DNA of 56,591 nt, counting the filler, from Sphacelaria rigidula (taxonomy: Eukaryota), in NCBI GenBank assembly GCA_964200075.2. It is 7 parts of 7 records of this genome, joined end to end, with 100 filler letters (N's around TTAATTAATTAA, not from the genome) between each part and the next. Parts side by side here need not be neighbours in the genome. Positions count along the whole stretch, not along the records: positions 48,594 to 56,591 come from CAXNAA020012701.1; 6 more parts are not named here. One strand, given 5' to 3'. The notes under the pieces are model-generated. The model searched no databases. It worked only from the letters and a program-made list of their open reading frames with translations, and was not told the origin of the DNA. Made by a program: the position numbers and the translations under genes. This document shows, piece by piece, positions 49,509-56,591 of this stretch (its first letter is position 1; every line of letters begins with the position of its first letter).

Positions 49509-50677
49509 CCCCCGTGCGCCCTAGCTTCTTCATGTGTACCCGTTCATATGCCCGCCCCATGAGTGTTTTGGGTATATACTCGATCGGTGATTGGTTCCTG
49601 GGGCGGGTGAGAAAAGAGGGAGTGCTTAGCAGTATGGATCCGAGTGCATACTTGTTGGTTTTTGTCGGCTGAAGAGCGATGACTTCTTCGTTTTGTTGTG
49701 TGTCGCGTGATGTCGTGCGTGTATGATCCCTGTTCCGTGTCTGCCTGTGATAATCACGAATGTCGTGCGTTTCACCTGTTCGCGGTCGATGTTTTTTTCG
49801 TCTGCAAAGATATATAGTCGGTCGGTCGGTCGGTCGGATGAGGTTGGATCGGACAGATCCAGTCGGTCGGATCGGACCGGATCGGATCGACGCCGATCGG
49901 AACAGATCGGAACAGATCGAGTCGAATCGTGTTTTTGGTCTTTATTCGTCTGTATTCTCGTGGTCAGAGTTATGTTGAAGGTTTGCTCATCCTCGGTCCC
50001 TTCCCCTCCTCCCCCCGTGCCCCCAGGGCGGCAGACGCATCCGCGAAACAGGGAAATGTGTTTAGTTTGTATGTTGTATTTCGTTTGAAGAAGGCAGAAA
50101 GTGAAGCGTGTTTGAGCTCCGCGCGCGTCTTTCGGCTTTTCATGTATTGTTGTGCTCTTTGCCGATTATTTCACGCGTATGCGTGCACATCATTTTATTT
50201 AATTAAGTACACTCTCTTCAACGACGAGCCGACGAACGGCCGCGGCGATATTTTTTCTTCCTTGTTTTTTGTTTCAGATTTTGTTTCGTACGGGGAAATG
50301 GAACTGTAAGAAAAGTGGCGGTTTTGACAATAGAGGAAAGGAGAAGGAAGTACGGAGCTGGATGTTGCTGTAATTCTTGTTACGTGACCCGTTTCACTGT
50401 GCGTCACGAATGTATTACAGTTTGTGCCTCCCGTGTGCTGTTACCACGGACGTTCCGAGATTGCTTGGCCGTCGTGTACGGTTGCACTGGCAGCGAAGAT
50501 TTCCAAGTTGCTCGGGGTCGAGAGGTTGATGAGGGCGGAGAATGGGAGCATTTTGTTTCATTGTGTGACGAGTGGTGTTGCGTGCCATACAGTGTGGCGC
50601 TCAGCTGACGACGCGTTTTTTTGCCTCCCGTTAATGCTGCTGATAACAGCGCATGTGCCGGTGCGGCAGAATTAGGT

Positions 50678-50962
50678 TGATCTATCTGTTGTACGTCGGT
50701 AGTGATACGCATGATCTCTTCGTTGTATACCAAGAATGGTAAATATGATCTTTTCGATGTACACTAATAGCGGCACATATAATGTTTTCATCGGGCACTA
50801 GTAGTGGTACATGTGATGTTTTTGGTTGCACGCCTTTGACATTAGTGCACATAATCTAATTCGTCGTACACTGATATTAGTGGTACGTATGATCTACCCA
50901 GTGTATTCTGAAAGTCGTACACGAGATCTAACCGTCGTACACTTGACACCGGTGCATGCGAT
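50678..50962. repeat. Degenerate 34-38-bp minisatellite, about 8 units
   Basis: Units like TGATCTTTTCGATGTACACTAATAGCGGCACATA. Confidence 0.65.
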
Positions 50963-53900
50963 TTGCGTACACGACAGACAGCTCTGCTTCAGTGCGCACT
51001 GCTGGAATCAGTTGACAACCTTGACTGATCTGTGGATGACACTGCTGTCATGCGGACGGATAGAAAATGGTACAGGGTCGGGCGCAGTGACAACCTTTGG
51101 TTTCGTTGACAAGTTTCTTTTCTCTAGAGGCTTCGTTTGCGGCAGACGGAGAATGTCAATGATTCGAAAGTCGGATGATTACCCAGAGGTCCACGTGGAC
51201 ATCTGTCTACGTCATGTCGCAATGTCTTTGGGGTCTTTTTGCTCTACATAATGCGATAGGGCTATATAGGGGGAATTCAAAGTTCGGTGACGTCAATAAC
51301 CCATTGCGCGGCCGTTCTCAGTCTCTCGATTAAAGGTGCTAGTTTTTTTTTTTCTTATCTTCGGTCACATTCCATTATTTGTTCCGTTTGCGCACCCCCC
51401 CATCCTGCTATTCCGATGGTTGTAGTATGGGATCAGGTGAAGTCGGGTGGGGAGGCAGAGCAAAAACACATTTTAGTTGGACTCTTGCACGTATCTCGAT
51501 TGTTTTTTCGGTATTGAGGTGGGCTGTTCAAATGTTTATTCGAGTGGTGATTCTGTGCGGCCCTGAAGTATTTTTTTCGTGTCCCCCCGTCCCCCACAGC
51601 AAATCCCTTAACCAGTATAAAATGTGCACTGCATACATCCCGCAATGCTGCTGCCGCTCACAACAGGGCGCTTTCCTTTTCACAGTACAGCGAATACCGC
51701 GCACGTTCCCCCCCCCCAGATATTCTACCGTTCCCCGAAATCGGGTGTGCGTGGGTGAGGGAGTTGAGAACGCCGACCACCGACAAACAAGTAGTGACTT
51801 TGAAATTGTGTTGGAACATGTGCTCGTTTGTTTTGGCTGGGCCTTTTTTTCGAGACAATCGTCGTGAATAGAACGCGTAGCAGAGGGGCGGCAGCAGGGG
51901 AACGTTGTACTGCATTTAGGTACATATTTCCAACAGGAAGGTTTCTGGGGAGATATTCAGTACTTGTATTTCTCTGCACGGTATCATATTTATGTATACA
52001 AAGTGGAACAGCGACAAGTATATGGAGAGACAGTCTCATACGGCGGATGCGGGTGCGGATGCGGATGCGAGGTGGAAAGACAGTCCATTTCAGTACTCTC
52101 GCATCTCCTGTGTTTCCCTTTAAACAGGGGGAGTAGACGTGCCACCTGCTACTAGTGACTGGAAGTTCAGTCGCCGCCGTGATTTTGGTCAGAGGAGACA
52201 GCGCAAACGGTGCACTGTCTGGTGGCGATAGACGTCGAAACTGGATGTTCTTCGTCGTTCAGTTTTCCATAGCCGGGCGAGGTGGGCGGTGGGTCATGTC
52301 CCTTCTAACAGCAAGCGATAAGTCGAGTACTCTGACGATTCCACAATCTGTTGCTGGAACACAGGGGCAAAATGTGAGATGGGAGCGCGGTGTTTTCTTC
52401 GTTGGTCTTAGGAGACAAGAGGGATTTTTGGATAGGGAAGGTCGCGGTCGGTCAATTCGTGCTTGTTTTTTCTTGTTCTGTACACAGCAATTTTACTTCG
52501 AATTTTGGGATGTGGATTTGTTTGTGTTGGCGCTCTGTGGGACTGAAATGAGAGGGGTCGAGGTGGGGTTGGCGGGTAGATACGCTTTCACTTCTTCCTG
52601 CAGACTCCTGTCAGTTGGGAAAATAGAATTTTTGAGGAAAGAGAATCAATCAGCTCGTGTATAAGCCGGTTGTTTGGTTCGGTTGTCGTGGTGGATGGAT
52701 GCAGAGGGTGAGGTGGAGAAAGGGGTGGCGGGGGAAGGGAGGAAGAGAAAGCTGTGTTCAAACAGAGAAGGCGCCGTGTGTGCAGGATCTGTCGAGATCA
52801 CAATTGAGAGAGAATGGGGCGAGGTGGTGGTGGTGATCTCGGCGATCTCGGCGATCTCGGCGATTTTGGTGTGTTTTTGTCTTTGTGTGCGTGTTTTTTT
52901 TTGTCTTCCGTTTTTATCTCTGTCGTTTTTATTGGAGGGGCGTTTTCAAAAGCCCGGATAGTACGACAGCAGGGGCGGATCTTTTGCTTTGAAGCGTCGC
53001 GTGTGTTCCCCCTCCCCCCCCCTCCCCAGCGACCAAGTAGTTTCGGGCTTACTTACGTGTCTGTGCTTGGTGATTTGTGCGGTGCGGTGCAGTGCAGTGC
53101 AGTGCGAGCACATATCCAGATGGGGAAGAAGAGAGAGGCTTGGCTGTTCCGGGATTTTTGCTGTGGCGTGTTTTGTTGTTTTTGTGCATCTGAGGGCGAC
53201 CGCTATAGCTATACACCGTGAATGGTCAGCACAGTTTATTTTAGTAAATAGAAGAAGGTGACGTGGTGATGAGTAGGGGCTAGGTAGGCTATACATGCGC
53301 TGTTTTAGCTCGCCCTGTGTGCGGTCCTGAAAGGCCAGGATAGAGGAAACAGGGAACAGCGGGCGGGGAGAGAAACTGTGGTGGCGAAGGGTGCAATTGT
53401 ACTCAAAACGGTCGAGCTCGCTTTGTTGGTTGTATGGTACCCGCGGCATTTGTGACAGTGAGAGTGGGTAGGGTATTTGTGTTGGTTCGACAGGACAGAA
53501 GACTTCCAATATCGTTGTCCGGTTGATGTCTTTCCCTTCGTTTTTTCACGTAAAGAAAATGTATCGATGAATATACCACAACACCTGCGAGTACATTATT
53601 ATTCGTTACGTGCAGTAGTAGCAGGAGTATCTCATCATTGTTGTGCTTGTTGTTGTGTGTTCCATGTGTTTTATTTGTACCTTGATTTGTTTATTTTGAC
53701 GAGCTCTTGAGTTGTTGCGCTGAACTTTTCCAATCGTTCATTGCTATGAAAATAATTGACACGTGTGTCTTCTCATTCGGCCGTGGAGGATGCTGTGTCA
53801 AAAGCAATCGCCCGTGAGACCCTCACAACACGGCTGTCTGGATGTGAGTGGTGCGTGCTGCTCTCGGTGGTCGTTTCACCCGTCGCCCTTTTCGTTTTTT

Positions 53901-56124
53901 CTTGGGAGAATTGACGCTGAATGAAAACGCTCGTTACACCCTCTCCCCTCGTCGGTTTGTAAAGCGCTGGCGGGTCTGGTGGTGGAGGCCAAAGTCGGCG
54001 CGCTGTAATATAATTCTTCGAGCCGAGCTTTTGTTGTCTCGAGAAGGTTGTTCCCACATAGTGAGGAGCGCTAGCTCTGTGTCTGTTTGGAGTGTTACGC
54101 CATACATATGCAAGCATTTCGCGATTTTTCGAAGATGAGGGAATTTGTCCTATGCTTGGTGCTCCCCTGCTGGTGTTCGTTTTTTATCGTGGTCTTCCAG
54201 TTTTTTGTTACATGCATGTGAATTGTCTACTCACACAAGTCGCTGTCAGCGACGACATAAGATGAAGATTTTCTCGGTTTCTCGGCATCTCCCGCAGTAC
54301 ATTAGATCGGTCGTACATGGATTTGATTTCGCCGTCTTCGTTGTGACTTGTTGCAATGTTTTTGCTTCGTAATCCATCAGTTATTGTCTTGTTTGTTTGA
54401 TTTATACGAAATTCGTTTCATTTTGTACGAAATTCGCCTTGTTTGTCCCTTCCTTGGTTAAGTTATGCCCCGTGCTCGATTTGTATTCGTTGCTACGTTG
54501 GTCCCTAGCGACTGCGAGCGTTGTGTACCTCCCGTCGGCGGCGGGGTGGTGATTGTTGTGAAAAAAATGTGGGTAGCCATGCCACGGTATTCATTTCCAA
54601 CTTCGTCAATGAGAACCCTCTCGAGTTGTCAACATGGGAGTAAGGAATAGGTGAAACATGAAAAAAATGAGTACGCACTCGAGTGTCACTATGCTGCACT
54701 ATCGATACAAACACGATACCTTCGGAAGCACGACTTGAGAATCACACGGTGGCAAACGAAGGAGTGTCTTGTATCGCTAGAGCTGAGGATCGCAGCTCTT
54801 CGACGGTTCACTTGTCATGTTCCATGAATAAGTACCATGTTCTTGGCGAGTGCATGAAAAAATGACACCCCAAACCAGGATCTTGGCGCTGGCGAATTCC
54901 CTGCCGAGCTTTCACAACCAGACCGCGGGATCACCCACTCCCGTCGGAAAGCCAGGAAAGTGTGTGCAAATCTGGTTGATGAGCTCTTTCAGACTCTCAG
55001 CCGTTCGTGATTTGGACCGTCGTTCCAAGCATGAGAACGCGTTTTTTTCCCCCTCCAGTTGCATGCTTGATTGTCGGATGGTGAGGAACACAATTCGAGA
55101 CTGACCTAGTCGTTTCCGAATTGCAACTCTGGCGCTGTCATGAATGGCCCTTGCCCATGAATATTCCCAAGCTCCAATAGGAGATCGCGGATCTCTGCCA
55201 GCAAAAAGAGGAGAAAGTTGGCACTTCATTGGCATGGGTCACGCCTTGATCGAGTGACTTTCAAGCTGATCCCACTAAATTCATCTCTTTTGGAGGCGGG
55301 ATGATTTCGTGAGCAGTTCAAGCTTCAAGCTCACCTACCGTTGATCCTGAATGAAATACAAAGCCATCACGCATGGCATGACTGGCAGCGAAGACTCCAA
55401 TACTCATACACGCCTGTGGAGAGTGACCTCTGGTAAACGTGTTGAAACACGGGATCTCACAAAATTGGGAAAGGATTTTTTGTTGAGGATGAGAACCCGG
55501 AGAATGAACATCTTAGGGATATACACGATACGCGTTCACGTTCACGTTACGTACATCACGTAACTTTTTTTAACGTTACGTTCACGTCACGTTCATCACG
55601 AAAAAAAACCCCGTTACGTTACGTTACTTGATAATGTGTCTAGTAAGAAATAGCAGGGGCGGTATTGGAAAGGCGAGCTCACGTCTGTGACCACGGGTTC
55701 GCGAGATCGGACTAACGTGCGGAAATAATAATAATAGTAAAAACAATAACTTGTAATGTAATATAGAACGTCTCATGTAACTTGCCATGTCTAGTATAAC
55801 GTTACGTTGACACGTGTAACGTCCGAGCGTATCGTTTCATTCTGTGCATGCCGCGGCTCATTTGCCAGTGTTCAAGGCGTTTTAACATGTCGTGTAACTC
55901 TTGACGTCACCATGTACGTGATGCTTACGGTGGCCCGCCGTATGTTTGAGCGTAGGCGCATTGTCTGATTGGGTAACGTTACTCTCTTTACCGTGCATCG
56001 TTCATTCATTTTGACAGTATTATTTTTATATCTCCTCTTTTCGTTTCATCTTTTCGTTGCCAACCTTCAATTTTTAATCTTCGAATGCTCGGTCATTCGC
56101 ACAACAGCACATACATACTGTACA

Positions 56125-56500
56125 AACACGGGATGTTACAGATTGGGGATGGATCTTTTATTGGGGATGCGAAACCTGGAGAATTAAAATCTTCGTATCC
56201 ACACCAAATCTTCACAATATGGTTCCATTTGTTCATCTACTGATAGCTATTGACAACTGCTACACGCCATAGAAATTTGGATCTCGATGACCGAAATGTT
56301 GAGGTCCTAGGTGAAAAACCAATTTTGGAACCATTTTGGCGTCCGGACACCCGAACGGACATCCAAAATTCCCCAACATTGCTTTTTCACGTAGGACCCC
56401 AACGTTTCGGTTATCGAGATCCAAATTTCTATGGTGTGTAGTAGTTGTCAATAGCTATCAGTAGGGGACAAAATGGAACCATATTTCGAAGATGTGGTGT
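56125..56500. mobile_element. Foldback MITE of the 1777-2220 family, right end interrupted
   Basis: Same AACACGGGAT terminus and long palindrome; cut near 56501 by a (TGAT)n-tailed sequence. Confidence 0.8.
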
Positions 56501-56591
56501 TTTGATTGATTGATTGCCGCACTTTAGTCGGACCCTGTGTTCATGTCTACCTGTCGCGCGTCGAGTTTGGAAAACCGAGTTCCACTCCCTG

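Noticed and set aside
50678..50962. CRISPR-like 34-bp periodicity
   Set aside because: Whole units are homologous to each other; it is a decayed minisatellite.
54880..55420. Possible minus-strand exons of a convergent gene
   Set aside because: Could not build a phase-consistent model or recognise a domain.

Overview
Intron- and transposon-rich eukaryotic DNA, most likely from a brown alga or other stramenopile (inferred from gene structure and the ankyrin-protein C-terminal motif). It is not one locus. It is seven contigs of 8000, 8000, 7999, 7998, 7998, 7998 and 7998 bp joined by 100-bp N/TTAATTAATTAA/N linkers in size order, so neighbourhood across linkers has no meaning. Spliced genes reconstructed by eye: the 3' exons of an RraA/HMG-aldolase-family gene, five exons of a flavin amine oxidase (L-amino-acid-oxidase-like) gene, the 5' part of SmE (SNRPE) head-to-head with an apparently complete 3-exon ankyrin gene, coiled-coil exons, and a terminal exon followed by a long 3'UTR-like tract. 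The rest is mostly mobile DNA: decayed Ty3/Gypsy elements (one with a chromodomain), two tRNA-derived SINE families, possible Penelope-like remnants, many MITE families and minisatellites. I cannot demonstrate a new multi-gene system. The best leads are MITEs with RACAC...GTGTY ends and 4-bp TSDs, a 4-nt tandem-acceptor switch in the SmE leader, the LAAO-like gene, and palindromic LTR ends with no obvious tRNA PBS.
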